IMG/VR virus record: IMGVR_UViG_3300002988_000063
Span: 1 to 56,485 of that record
DNA from: a virus
Lineage: Duplodnaviria; Caudoviricetes
Length of the DNA stretch: 56,485 nt
Strand: one strand, 5' to 3'
A program made the position numbers and the translations under genes. Under the pieces are notes generated by a model that was given only the letters and a program-made list of their open reading frames with translations, made no database searches and had not been told where the DNA came from. Shown one piece after another: positions 9,145 to 18,344 of the stretch; position 1 is the stretch's first letter; each line of letters opens with the position of its first letter.

Positions 9145-10254
9145 TTAAACTTCTTCTGTTTCGGTGTCACGAGAATAGTTATAGTCACTTTGTAGGCGTT
9201 TAAAATCTTGAAGGACTGTATAAACGCCCGAATCTTTCTCTTTGACAATATCCATGAGATTCGGGTCACCATTAATTAATTTTTCTATAAAGTATGCATT
9301 TCTTACGAATTTTAAAGCTTCTATCAAACTGTTCTTGTTTACTAAAGCTTGGTTACGCAATTTTTCGAAATCTTTTTCATTTTTGTAAGCGCAAAACAGC
9401 CTTATAATGATTTCTTTTGCGTCACTTAAATATAGGGGAATAGCATTTTCGGGATTTTCCCTAAAACTGTCAAAAGTTTTCATTAGTATTTCCGTGTCTT
9501 TTTCATATGCTTCTTCCAGGTATATAGCGCCTCCATAAGGCCAAGCGTATAAGCTTTTTTTGTTATTTAGTGCATCTTCGTTAAGGATTTTAAAAACTAT
9601 AGTATTGTTTCTGTAGTAATTCATACTAAGCCATTCTGCAATAGATTCACAGACGATTTTATCCGCGAGGGTTCTATAAAACTTGCCGATGGGGTATTGT
9701 AACTGCACATCTTTAGAATTAATACCCTCGACCGTAATAGCGTGAGCATGTTCGTGAATCAGCACGGCCTTCATTATGTCCCAGAAAAGGTCTGGGGCAT
9801 TTCCTTGGTTTTCACGGTCGGCATAAGTTCTACACTGGTTATATCCTATAACCACCACTCCATTGGTTGAAAGGGATTTAATAAAAGCATCATTATAGCC
9901 AAAGTTTCCGAGTTTTTTAATAAGGTCCGGGGTTGGAGTATGCCTTGGATGAAAATACACTCCCAGTAAATGGATTTCGCATTCCCTGTCGCTTTCACGG
10001 TTTTCCCTGCCCTCATTATTTTCTTCTTCTTCATTATAATTTTCTCTGTCTTTCAGCGGTATTTCATCTACGATTATCGTCGGAACGGGATAATATCGGC
10101 ACTTCGTAATGGTTTCGAGATAAAACACGCTATCTTGAATTAAATCTTTTATTTTGGGTATATCTCCTGAAATGTCTGCACTCGTAGCTGGTATTACTAC
10201 CGTAGTTATCTTGGGATTGCTTGTTTCGGCTGCGCTATTAGTCATTCTCTTCAC
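9145..10254 (-). CDS. HExxH zincin-like protein
   Basis: VLIHEHAH motif with downstream ESIAE. Confidence 0.6.
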   Translation of the reverse strand: MKRMTNSAAETSNPKITTVVIPATSADISGDIPKIKDLIQDSVFYLETITKCRYYPVPTIIVDEIPLKDRENYNEEEENNEGRENRESDRECEIHLLGVYFHPRHTPTPDLIKKLGNFGYNDAFIKSLSTNGVVVIGYNQCRTYADRENQGNAPDLFWDIMKAVLIHEHAHAITVEGINSKDVQLQYPIGKFYRTLADKIVCESIAEWLSMNYYRNNTIVFKILNEDALNNKKSLYAWPYGGAIYLEEAYEKDTEILMKTFDSFRENPENAIPLYLSDAKEIIIRLFCAYKNEKDFEKLRNQALVNKNSLIEALKFVRNAYFIEKLINGDPNLMDIVKEKDSGVYTVLQDFKRLQSDYNYSRDTETEEV

Positions 10255-10331
10255 CCTCTTTTAAATTTTCAATGAGCTATTTTGATTTTTTAAAATTCTT
10301 TATTAACGAGTGTTTTCGATTCTTGTCCCGA

Positions 10332-10979
10332 CTATGTCAGTAACCATAACGTCTTCTGCTTTGCCCTTGATATACGCTCATAGTGTTCTTTGTGGGATTC
10401 TTCTTCGGTCACTTCGCCTCTGAAGTTACCTATATGGATTATCAGGCTAATCGTAATTCCGTTCTCCGCAATTATTTTAGAGGTCTTTTCGGCCCAGGCT
10501 TTAATATCAGATTTAGTCGTGCTTTCCGAAAGACCCTTGCTGACATAGTCAACCATATTGCGCCTAACTAATTCAGGCTTGCAGAAGCGGAACAACTCGC
10601 ACTCGTTATTCACTCCTGCCCACTTCATTATAATGACCTTCACCTGGTTCCAAGAAGCGGCATCGTGTCTGAAAAGCGACTTGACAATAGAAATAAGCGC
10701 GTCTAACACCTCGACGAATATAGCTGTTTTTTCGGGTATATGTTCGCTGTAGTCAAAAGTGACTAAGATTTTTTTGAGTTCGGGTTTATCAGAAGTAGCG
10801 CCGAATTCACCTTCGTATCGTTTATTCGGAGCAAAATAATCGAATGATTCGTTAATATTGAGAGCTTTGAATATAAGTTTTCCAAAAGTCTTCTTCCAGT
10901 CTTTTGGGGCGGGTTGACCGTTTTCGGAATGAAGCTCAATCTTATGAGGACGCTCTTCAATGAAAGACATTATATTCAC
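10332..10979 (-). CDS. Hypothetical protein
   Basis: 215-aa ORF in the same orientation as its neighbours. Confidence 0.55.
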   Translation of the reverse strand: MNIMSFIEERPHKIELHSENGQPAPKDWKKTFGKLIFKALNINESFDYFAPNKRYEGEFGATSDKPELKKILVTFDYSEHIPEKTAIFVEVLDALISIVKSLFRHDAASWNQVKVIIMKWAGVNNECELFRFCKPELVRRNMVDYVSKGLSESTTKSDIKAWAEKTSKIIAENGITISLIIHIGNFRGEVTEEESHKEHYERISRAKQKTLWLLT

Positions 10980-11165
10980 CGCCTTTAAAGGGTTTTCAAA
11001 TAAGTTTTAAAAATGTGCAGCCGAGTGTTTATTATACCACAAAACCACTTTAATCTTAAATAACTTACGTCTTATTAAAATACTTTTTTAAATATTTATG
11101 TTAGGTGATATAAATACATAATTCGTACCATCGTTTTACCAAAGTATCCATTTCATTACCAAATA

Positions 11166-11200
11166 TATCTCCATTATATCACAATGGAGATAAAAGTCAA
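11166..11200 (-). promoter_or_regulatory. Sigma70-type promoter overlapped by a perfect 10-bp inverted repeat (putative operator)
   Basis: Minus strand TTGACT-N16-TATAAT with extended -10 TG; TATCTCCATT-N7-AATGGAGATA at 11166..11192. Confidence 0.6.
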
Positions 11201-11356
11201 GCGGTTAATCGTTGGAAATCGCAACGTTGGTTTTTCTTGCACCGTTGTTATTTCCACCACTTTAAATATTTGTTTTACGATTATGAAGCGAATAGACCGG
11301 TCACCGTTTGCTCCGAGAATTAATGCTATATGTAGTTTTGAGATTTTTTTTGACTA

Positions 11357-12742
11357 TCATTTTCTGCCGCGAGAGGGTTGATAGGATAACAGCGGAGTAT
11401 AGTTGGTCGTTCCATTGATTAGAACTAAGTCATCTTTAAATTCAAAGGAATAGTCTAACTGGAATGTGCTGTTTCCAGGCCATATCATGAGTTTGATATC
11501 AGGAGCGTCACCCCTGAATATGCGTTTCATGAGTTCGAAAAAGATACAAGAAATAGGATAATAGTGGCTCTTTATAGGGTTCTTATGAGATAATTCAGCG
11601 ATGACCTGATGCAAGGTATAGTATGTTCGCTCTTCGCCAGGCTCAGCTTTAGTGTTCTTCTTAAGTATTTTTAAAACGTTTTCCATCACGTTGTGCACCT
11701 TGAAAAACTCTTCGGAAATCTCGTTATGAAAGCAACCGAAGTGCTCTTTTAAACCGGAATCCTGACTGATATCAAAGCTATTTCTTAGTCTGAAAATAGG
11801 AATCTCTCTTCTCTCTTTATAGTTGCAGTGATTCAGGCCGTTAATGGAAGCGGTAAAGTTATCGATATAATTTTTAGATATGAGGGCCGATTCAAAAACC
11901 GAATGCTCCTCTCTCGCTTCTTCTAAAAGGGTTTCGAAAAGCATATTAAAAAAGTTACTTTCGCATAAGAGAATCCTGGAATTCCTTGTCGAAGTTATTT
12001 GAAGTCCTGAAAGCTCTACTATTCCAGGATACTTGTTTTCGAGTAGTGAGGTGATTTGATAAATATTCAGCCACATACTGGAAGAGTATCGGGAAAGTTG
12101 CTCTGCGAAAGGGAAAACGATTGCTTCAAATGCCATAGTGACTGAAGAATCAGCCATAGAAGAGCTGCCTTGAGCGAGGTTTTCATTTCTGATATCTAAT
12201 GAAAGAAAAATTGATTTTATCTTATCGCTCAGCCCATATTTTTTCCAGAATTTACGGAACTTTTCAAGGCTTTCAATATATTCTTTATTTTTGATATAAC
12301 TTGCTTTTTTGACCTTTTCCGTATCCGATGACCGATTCGTTTCTATCGCTATTTCCTTCTGTAGCTTTTTAGTAGCGGTCCCTTCAACATATTCGTAGTG
12401 GGTAGCCGATTTAAAATAACTGCTACCGCCATGACTTATATTCTTCTGCTTATGTGGGCGATATCCGTAATCGTGCAATATTTCGGCTATCATCGAGCCT
12501 ATTAAGCGCCGAAAGCTTTTATTCTTTTCTATGTCAAGCATGCCTAAAGCGGCCTTGCCTTCGCCTTCTTCAATGACTTGTTGCAATCCTACAATCGGAG
12601 GCTTATCCATATTGTCGTTAGCGTTAATCATTTTCTCGATATTTTCGGGCAATGACATGACGCCATAGAGGTTTTTCAATTCCTCTACGTTCTCATATTT
12701 ATTATAGATAGGCCACCATTCGAATATTCTTTCCCACGGCAT
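11357..12742 (-). CDS. Hypothetical protein, paralog of 12765..14006
   Basis: Shared motifs IGS.I..I...GY, S.YF, KFWK.Y, YPGI..LS.L. Confidence 0.7.
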   Translation of the reverse strand: MPWERIFEWWPIYNKYENVEELKNLYGVMSLPENIEKMINANDNMDKPPIVGLQQVIEEGEGKAALGMLDIEKNKSFRRLIGSMIAEILHDYGYRPHKQKNISHGGSSYFKSATHYEYVEGTATKKLQKEIAIETNRSSDTEKVKKASYIKNKEYIESLEKFRKFWKKYGLSDKIKSIFLSLDIRNENLAQGSSSMADSSVTMAFEAIVFPFAEQLSRYSSSMWLNIYQITSLLENKYPGIVELSGLQITSTRNSRILLCESNFFNMLFETLLEEAREEHSVFESALISKNYIDNFTASINGLNHCNYKERREIPIFRLRNSFDISQDSGLKEHFGCFHNEISEEFFKVHNVMENVLKILKKNTKAEPGEERTYYTLHQVIAELSHKNPIKSHYYPISCIFFELMKRIFRGDAPDIKLMIWPGNSTFQLDYSFEFKDDLVLINGTTNYTPLLSYQPSRGRK

Positions 12743-12764
12743 AATTCAACATCTCCGGTCAATT

Positions 12765-14006
12765 TTAAGAGTTATATTTAAAAAGAGGAATATACTTCGA
12801 AAGTCCTGAAATTTCATAATGATTATAACTTAGCGAATTAACATCACGTCCAGACCAAAACTCGAGTTCGATATCCTTTACTTCGCCCCGCCATATCCTT
12901 CGGGCCAGTTCCTTAAACAATAGTGCAAAGGATACGTGATTAGATAAATTTTTAATCCTCGATATGCTTAATGATAACTGTTGAAGGCTCATAAACTTAA
13001 AGGTTTTTTGCCCCTCGGCTTCATGGCAGCTTTCCGTTAAGACCTTCTTCGCAGCATCTATGAATCCGAACTCATCGAATACTTTTGCGCCCCACTCATC
13101 ACGAACGTTTTCTGCTGTCCTTTTAATCTCGTTCATATCAGTGGTTTCGGGCTTAGATATACGCCAGAGACAATTCGTTTTCTGACCAAATATTCTTAGC
13201 CCTTCATAGCTTAGTTCTATGGCCTTGTCAAAACTATCTGATAACTCTGTGATTTCAAGTTTTATCTTTCGTTCCCAGGCATACTCAGCCAAGTTATCCG
13301 AAATCATAGTAAAGAAACGGTAACTCTTCTGATACCCTATAACCCCGAAGTCAAAAGCTTCGAGTTCGGATAATGCTATAATTCCTGGATACTGACGCTC
13401 AAGCTCGATGGCTATTTGACAAGTGGAAATAAAAAGTCTTGAACCGTAGTGTTTTTCGATAATCCAGGAGTAAGGCCAGAAATCTAACGAGGTGTTTTTT
13501 AGTGAAGTGTATGTTTCAATTCTGTAAGAGTCGTATTGGTTGCCTGATAACCGGCTCCAATTTTCAAGTATCTTTATGACCTTTTCGCCGACACTATATG
13601 TCTTCCAAAACTTTCGAGCCTTTTCCTTCAATTCATCATTACTTTCATCTTTTACATAGAGCGTTCCCGCGCTAAAATAATCAGACTCTTGTGGATTGAG
13701 GTTCTTATTCCGTTCCTTGATATAACCGTGTTCCTTCATTATCAGGCTTATGACAGAACCTATAAAGAGCTTCAAAAAAATGTTCTTCTTAAAGTTCATG
13801 CCGTCTTTTCCGGCCTTTTTGTCGTGAAACGCCGCTTCAATATTTCTTGTAATAGCTGAAATAGCCGGTCTTCTATTTTCGCTAACACGTATTAGGGAAT
13901 CAATAGTTGAGGGACGCCACAAGAAGTCATACAGTTCCTTAATTCCTGGAACAGATGACAGGGACGAAAATCTCGGATATTTTTCGAAGAATGCTTTTAG
14001 CGTCAT
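12765..14006 (-). CDS. Hypothetical protein, paralog of 11357..12742
   Basis: Same shared motifs as 11357..12742. Confidence 0.7.
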   Translation of the reverse strand: MTLKAFFEKYPRFSSLSSVPGIKELYDFLWRPSTIDSLIRVSENRRPAISAITRNIEAAFHDKKAGKDGMNFKKNIFLKLFIGSVISLIMKEHGYIKERNKNLNPQESDYFSAGTLYVKDESNDELKEKARKFWKTYSVGEKVIKILENWSRLSGNQYDSYRIETYTSLKNTSLDFWPYSWIIEKHYGSRLFISTCQIAIELERQYPGIIALSELEAFDFGVIGYQKSYRFFTMISDNLAEYAWERKIKLEITELSDSFDKAIELSYEGLRIFGQKTNCLWRISKPETTDMNEIKRTAENVRDEWGAKVFDEFGFIDAAKKVLTESCHEAEGQKTFKFMSLQQLSLSISRIKNLSNHVSFALLFKELARRIWRGEVKDIELEFWSGRDVNSLSYNHYEISGLSKYIPLFKYNS

Positions 14007-14035
14007 ATAGCCAACCTTAAATATTTATCCATGGT

Positions 14036-14154
14036 ATTATGTCATTTTTTGCTGTTTAAGTCAAGAGGTTAAGTGGAAGCTGTTTCTTAGCAATTCTGCA
14101 ATAGATTCAATATTTCACAAACGCCTTGACATATTCCATGAAATTTAATAAGAT
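14036..14154. promoter_or_regulatory. Divergent sigma70 promoters
   Basis: Minus: TTGACT-N17-CATAAT (14064..14036); plus: TTGACA-N17-TAAGAT (14126..14154). Confidence 0.6.
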
Positions 14155-14184
14155 TGAAATGGAATATTTATAGTAAGGACAACC

Positions 14185-15639
14185 ATGCCGAATATCACCA
14201 AAGACATATTCCTTAAAGCTACTGACTGCCTTAAACGCGGCTGGCTTATACTGCGTGATAAAGCTAATGGGGTCGTCAACGAACTTTCTCCTGACGAAAA
14301 ACTCAGGATGGAAGAAGGGCTTGAAATAGGAATCCGCGCCCGTAATCTTTATCCGCAAGGACGGCTAATAAGCGAGAAGAATATAAAGAAGGCAGCTAAA
14401 CTTACCAGAGAGCTTATCTCCAATGACTCTGTTGATGTGATATTCGAGGCAACCTTTCAAAGTGGGGATATGGTCGCTAAGGCCGATATACTTAAACGCG
14501 ACGGACATTCCTGGCATCTCATTGAAGTTAAGAGTGGAAAAGAAGCCACTGACGAATACATTGCCGACATCGCATATACATTCTCCGTATTAAGAGGGAG
14601 CGGGCTAAATGTATCCGCCGCTTCATTAATGTGCGTTTCCGGTGACTATAGGCTTGGAATGGGTGACGAAGCCCTGTTCTCTGAATTCGATGTGACCAAA
14701 CAGGTGCTTGAAACGGCTGAAGGATTCGAAACTAACCGTGATAGCATATGTAAAAATTTAACTCTGAAAAAGGCTCCGAAAGCAGACTTCAAATTAGTCT
14801 GTAAGGGATGCGGCTATTTCGAAGATTGTGTCGGAAAGGGAATAGCTAACCCTATTTTCAACCTTCCAAGAATCTCTTTAAAGTTATTCGACAGACTCAA
14901 TGCCGATAATATTAAATCTATTGAAGAAATCCCGGCAAGCTTCGATTTAACTGATAACCAGGAGATAGTCGCAAGGTCAGTTAGGTCGGGAGAAACATTT
15001 ATATCGGGAAAACTTAAGACGGCTCTGGAAACTATCGTCTGGCCTGCATACTACCTGGACTTCGAAACCATAATGACGGCCCTTCCCTTATTTAAAAACG
15101 TTGCCCCATACGAACAGCTTCTTACCCAGTATTCGCTTCACATATGTTCTGAACCGGGAAAGGTAGTAGAGCACCGCGAATACTTAGCTGGGCATGATAA
15201 AGATTACAGGCGAGAGTTAGCCGAAAGACTTATTGAAGATTTGGAAACTAAGGGAAGCATTATCGTTTACCATACCTTCGAAAAGACTATGATAAGTGGT
15301 TTAATCAAACTCTTCCCTGACCTTAAAACACAGCTAACCAAAATTATCAATAGGCTGGTAGACCTGAAAGCTATTATCAACAAGCATTTTTACCACCCTG
15401 ATTTTCATGGCAGCTATTCCATCAAGGTTGTTCTTCCTGTATTAGTCGCCGAAATGAGCTACAAAAACCTGACTATTAAAAACGGCGGGGAGGCTATTGC
15501 GGCTTTCGTCGATATGATTAAGGGGCGATATACTAAGACAGCGGTGAATAAAATCAGGAAGGCGCTGCTCGAATACTGTGCCCTGGATACGATGGCGATG
15601 GTCAAACTGCATGAGAAGTTAGTAGAAATTGCCTTATAA
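14185..15639 (+). CDS. DUF2779 domain protein (PD-(D/E)xK nuclease plus RNase H-like domain)
   Basis: ADIL...LIEVKS; conserved Cys cluster; YLDFET, YSIKVVLP, YCALDT. Confidence 0.85.
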   Translation: MPNITKDIFLKATDCLKRGWLILRDKANGVVNELSPDEKLRMEEGLEIGIRARNLYPQGRLISEKNIKKAAKLTRELISNDSVDVIFEATFQSGDMVAKADILKRDGHSWHLIEVKSGKEATDEYIADIAYTFSVLRGSGLNVSAASLMCVSGDYRLGMGDEALFSEFDVTKQVLETAEGFETNRDSICKNLTLKKAPKADFKLVCKGCGYFEDCVGKGIANPIFNLPRISLKLFDRLNADNIKSIEEIPASFDLTDNQEIVARSVRSGETFISGKLKTALETIVWPAYYLDFETIMTALPLFKNVAPYEQLLTQYSLHICSEPGKVVEHREYLAGHDKDYRRELAERLIEDLETKGSIIVYHTFEKTMISGLIKLFPDLKTQLTKIINRLVDLKAIINKHFYHPDFHGSYSIKVVLPVLVAEMSYKNLTIKNGGEAIAAFVDMIKGRYTKTAVNKIRKALLEYCALDTMAMVKLHEKLVEIAL

Positions 15640-15845
15640 AATGATGAGAAAGCATCTTGGTTACTTTCTATAAATTCGGTTACTCACTCTTTAGAAAAGC
15701 GCAGCTGCTCGAGCTATTCGAAAGAGAGCTTGCAAAGGTAATGACGATTGACCTTGAAGCGATAGCGAAGTTCCGTGAAATGAAAAATCTTAAAACCCAG
15801 ATGCAAGCCCGGGCGGTTAAGAAACTTCAATTAGAAGGGTGAAAA

Positions 15846-16019
15846 ATGGAAGAAAAAGAAATATCTGTCAACAGCGAACAACAGACGAAAGAGAATTTTT
15901 GGAATAAGATTTCAGGTTATGTGTTTGCGTTTTTTCTCGGCGCTTTAACAACTTTTGCCGTATTATATTGGATGTTTTCTCCAATGTTCATGGAAATATG
16001 CAATACCGGCTCAAAATAG
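15846..16019 (+). CDS. Small single-TM protein (57 aa)
   Basis: MEEKEISV...GYVFAFFLGALTTFAVLYWMF; RBS GAAGGGTG; below the ORF-track length cutoff. Confidence 0.5.
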   Translation: MEEKEISVNSEQQTKENFWNKISGYVFAFFLGALTTFAVLYWMFSPMFMEICNTGSK

Positions 16020-16055
16020 AATCTGCCAGAATCAGTGCCCCGGCTTTCGTGGGCG

Positions 16056-16162
16056 GTCCTAACGCAAGCACAGATAAGAAAGCGTAAAGCCGTGTAAAAC
16101 CAGAAAAGAGAGCAATGATAACACTCGGTCACGGCTTTCATGCCTTCTATATTATTTATGAC
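16056..16162 (-). other. attC-like imperfect hairpin (degenerate)
   Basis: GTCCTAAC...TTTATGAC ends; inner stem AAAGCCGTG/CACGGCTTT with extension. Confidence 0.35.
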
Positions 16163-16511
16163 TAATAACATCCCCGGAAGTTGGCATTGCAGTTGCCCAC
16201 GCAAGTGAGAATTCCCTATCGAAATGTGACAGGAGCATCTCAATAAACCGCCCATGAAAAATAGCATAGACAGTGGTGGAAATGTTTACATTCTGAGGTT
16301 TAATTATGTTAAACACTAAAAGATCGTTGCCCTCATACTTTGGAAGTAGCCAAGCCTTGCCTGTCCATTGTTTATCACTTGTTGCATGAGTAAAATACTG
16401 CTTTTGATTATGTGTTTCATATTTCCAAGTGACAATACGGCCATCATTAATATCTTTCTTTATCTTTTCCAGCAAACGGGAAGGGTTGTCTGTTCTAATT
16501 TTTACTGCCAT
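16152..16511 (-). CDS. Hypothetical protein, partner of the TIR gene
   Basis: TW.Y...FTH...QW..KAWL.P...YAIFHGRFIEMLL; 40 bp downstream of the TIR gene. Confidence 0.7.
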   Translation of the reverse strand: MAVKIRTDNPSRLLEKIKKDINDGRIVTWKYETHNQKQYFTHATSDKQWTGKAWLLPKYEGNDLLVFNIIKPQNVNISTTVYAIFHGRFIEMLLSHFDREFSLAWATAMPTSGDVISHK

Positions 16512-16551
16512 GTTTTTCTCCTCCCCCCTATAATTGGGGTATTAATCAGTT

Positions 16552-17256
16552 TTATTGAGTTTCCTCCGGGGGAGGGACAATGTTTTTTGAGGAAGGATCG
16601 CCTTTGGTCGGTGAGGCTTTAATTTCCCCTTTTTCTTGAGTTGGCGTATCAACAGGTGTGAAATCTGATGGCTTCCCGGGTTCTGGAATACGTTTCAATT
16701 CGCGATCAATCCCTCGAGTAATCTGAATAATTTCTTCAAGAAGGTCACGATCAGTCCTTTTCGTTGAGGGAGGCTCGGAAACGTTGTCGGCCTCAGCAAT
16801 CTTTTTTTCAAAATCTGGCCAAAGTCTTTCGAACAATCTTTTCAATCTATCTGACTCAAGTTTATCAGGATTTACAGAATTTATTGATTCGAGAAGCTTA
16901 AGTGTTCCGTCTTTGTCGGCGTTAACATTTTGAAATTGAGCCAATGGAAAAGCAATATCAGTCGCAGCAATTCCAATTCGATATGGTATAACTCGGGACT
17001 GATCAATACTCTTTCCAAGACAACCGGCCTCATAGAGAAGCCATGGAGCCAGCAAGTTATCAGGGGTTATACAAATTATCCCGAAATTGCATTCCTGCAA
17101 TTGAGTTCCTAGCTCATTGCCCCAACGAGACCCAGCTTCAATGTCATGTTGTGACATAAAAACATCAACGCTTTGAACTAAGTCGGGCAACCAATCCTTA
17201 ATTGCGGATGCTACTAACCTGCTCTTGGGGCCTGACCAACTGACGAAAACTTTCAT
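16552..17256 (-). CDS. TIR domain protein (TIR_2-like)
   Basis: MKVFVSWSG...DIEAGSRW...L....FGIICIT..N...PWLLYEAG, with the catalytic-type Glu present. Confidence 0.9.
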   Translation of the reverse strand: MKVFVSWSGPKSRLVASAIKDWLPDLVQSVDVFMSQHDIEAGSRWGNELGTQLQECNFGIICITPDNLLAPWLLYEAGCLGKSIDQSRVIPYRIGIAATDIAFPLAQFQNVNADKDGTLKLLESINSVNPDKLESDRLKRLFERLWPDFEKKIAEADNVSEPPSTKRTDRDLLEEIIQITRGIDRELKRIPEPGKPSDFTPVDTPTQEKGEIKASPTKGDPSSKNIVPPPEETQ

Positions 17257-17299
17257 TTAATGATTACCTCCAAAAATTTTGGATTTGCTTTCTTAATTA

Positions 17300-17392
17300 G
17301 CCCAATGCCATGCGTGAACATCGACGTAATATGCGTTTTTATTGAGTGAATAAGAGCGTCTGTGTAAATGTCGAACAGTGACGGAATTAGGC
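17300..17392 (-). other. attC-like imperfect hairpin
   Basis: GCCCAAT...ATTAGGC ends; inner TCGACGT/ATGTCGA and GCGTTTTTATT/AATAAGAGCGT pair with G-T wobbles on the plus (bottom) strand. Confidence 0.4.
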
Positions 17393-17407
17393 ATTACTTG
17401 AAAATAA

Positions 17408-17506
17408 CTAAACAAAAACCTTTACGTTGTTCTGTTTTTCTAGTTCTTGAACTCTTTTTTCCAATTCTTCAACTTGATGTGGTTTGATTTTCGTTGGCGT
17501 TGACAT
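17408..17506 (-). pseudogene. 32-codon ORF or gene remnant
   Basis: AAGGA RBS; MSTPTKIKPHQVEELEKRVQELEKQNNVKVFV. Confidence 0.35.
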
Positions 17507-17542
17507 TGCTATCAATCCTTTTATTTGTAATTGTTGAAATTA

Positions 17543-17571
17543 ATTGTATCTCAAATGTTGTCGTAAGTCAA
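17543..17571 (-). promoter_or_regulatory. Sigma70 promoter facing the TIR gene pair
   Basis: TTGACT-N17-TACAAT. Confidence 0.6.
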
Positions 17572-17920
17572 CAGCTGTTTAAATCTACCCGAACCAGCGC
17601 ATCGCGTTCTTGGCTCTATCTTAACGCACATATACCAGATAACTAAAGAACCATAAACCCTTATTAAATCAAGAAAGTAACGGATTACATTTGTCTAAGT
17701 TCCGATTGAATCTACACTTACAACACAAGATTTCCGTTTTCGTTCACAAAACGGCCTAATTCGGTTAAAATATACCGAATTGGAAGGCGAAAATCCGCCG
17801 GAATCTGCCGAGCCGCTTTCGGAATAAGCGCAGAAACGAGCTGTGAGGGTCTGGACACTAAAAGCATCGGCGAGGATGTTGCCGTTGGACTGATGTAATG
17901 ATATCGCACTAATCCTGAAT

Positions 17921-17960
17921 AAAAAAGAAACCCGGCCTACATAAGACCAGGTTTCTTTTT
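17921..17960. terminator. Bidirectional intrinsic terminator downstream of the tRNA remnant
   Basis: AAAAAAGAAACCCGG...CCAGGTTTCTTTTT. Confidence 0.7.
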
Positions 17961-18096
17961 ATTGTTTTTGATTTTGTTCCGGTATATTTCGGAGTAAGGC
18001 TTGATTTTAAGAATAAATCGGTTATAATTAAAGAGGAATGGATGGTTGAAATCGTACCGGATTCGTACTTTTTTTTATTGATACCTTGAAAAGGTA

Positions 18097-18143
18097 TGCC
18101 CCTGGGCGGAATTGAACCACCGGCACACGGTTTAGGAAACCGC
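18097..18143 (-). other. Prophage attachment site: 3' half of tRNA-Arg(CCT)
   Basis: GCGGT-TTCCTAA-ACCGT anticodon arm, GGTGG-TTCAATT-CCGCC T arm, CAGGGGCA end; no D arm or 5' acceptor strand; 200 bp from the integrase. Confidence 0.85.
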
Positions 18144-18218
18144 CCCGATGTATTTCATTCCATTTCAACCTATCCCGATACTATTTCAATAAACCAATGG
18201 TATAAAGGCTTTTCCGGT

Positions 18219-18247
18219 TTGACTAATTTCATTTTATCTGATATAAT
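18219..18247 (+). promoter_or_regulatory. Integrase promoter
   Basis: TTGACT-N17-TATAAT. Confidence 0.7.
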
Positions 18248-18268
18248 CTCATAGTAGGTCACATATTG

Positions 18269-18301
18269 AAGTTACACCAAAGTTACACTGGGAATTACAC
18301 C
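18269..18301 (+). repeat. Three direct repeats, likely integrase arm-type sites
   Basis: AAGTTACACC, AAGTTACACT, GAATTACACC at 11-12 bp period between att and int. Confidence 0.7.
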
Positions 18302-18344
18302 GCTCAAAATAAACTGTTTTTTATTTTATCAGAAGGAGGCCGCT

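Noticed and set aside
14185-15639. cas4 of a CRISPR system
   Set aside because: The Cas4-like half is fused to a DUF2779-type domain, with no other cas genes or array nearby.
17718-17909. Short ORF or ncRNA between the TIR promoter and the att site
   Set aside because: No RBS, protein motif or convincing RNA fold could be identified.
18097-18143. Functional tRNA-Arg gene
   Set aside because: The 5' acceptor strand and D arm are absent, so it is an att remnant.
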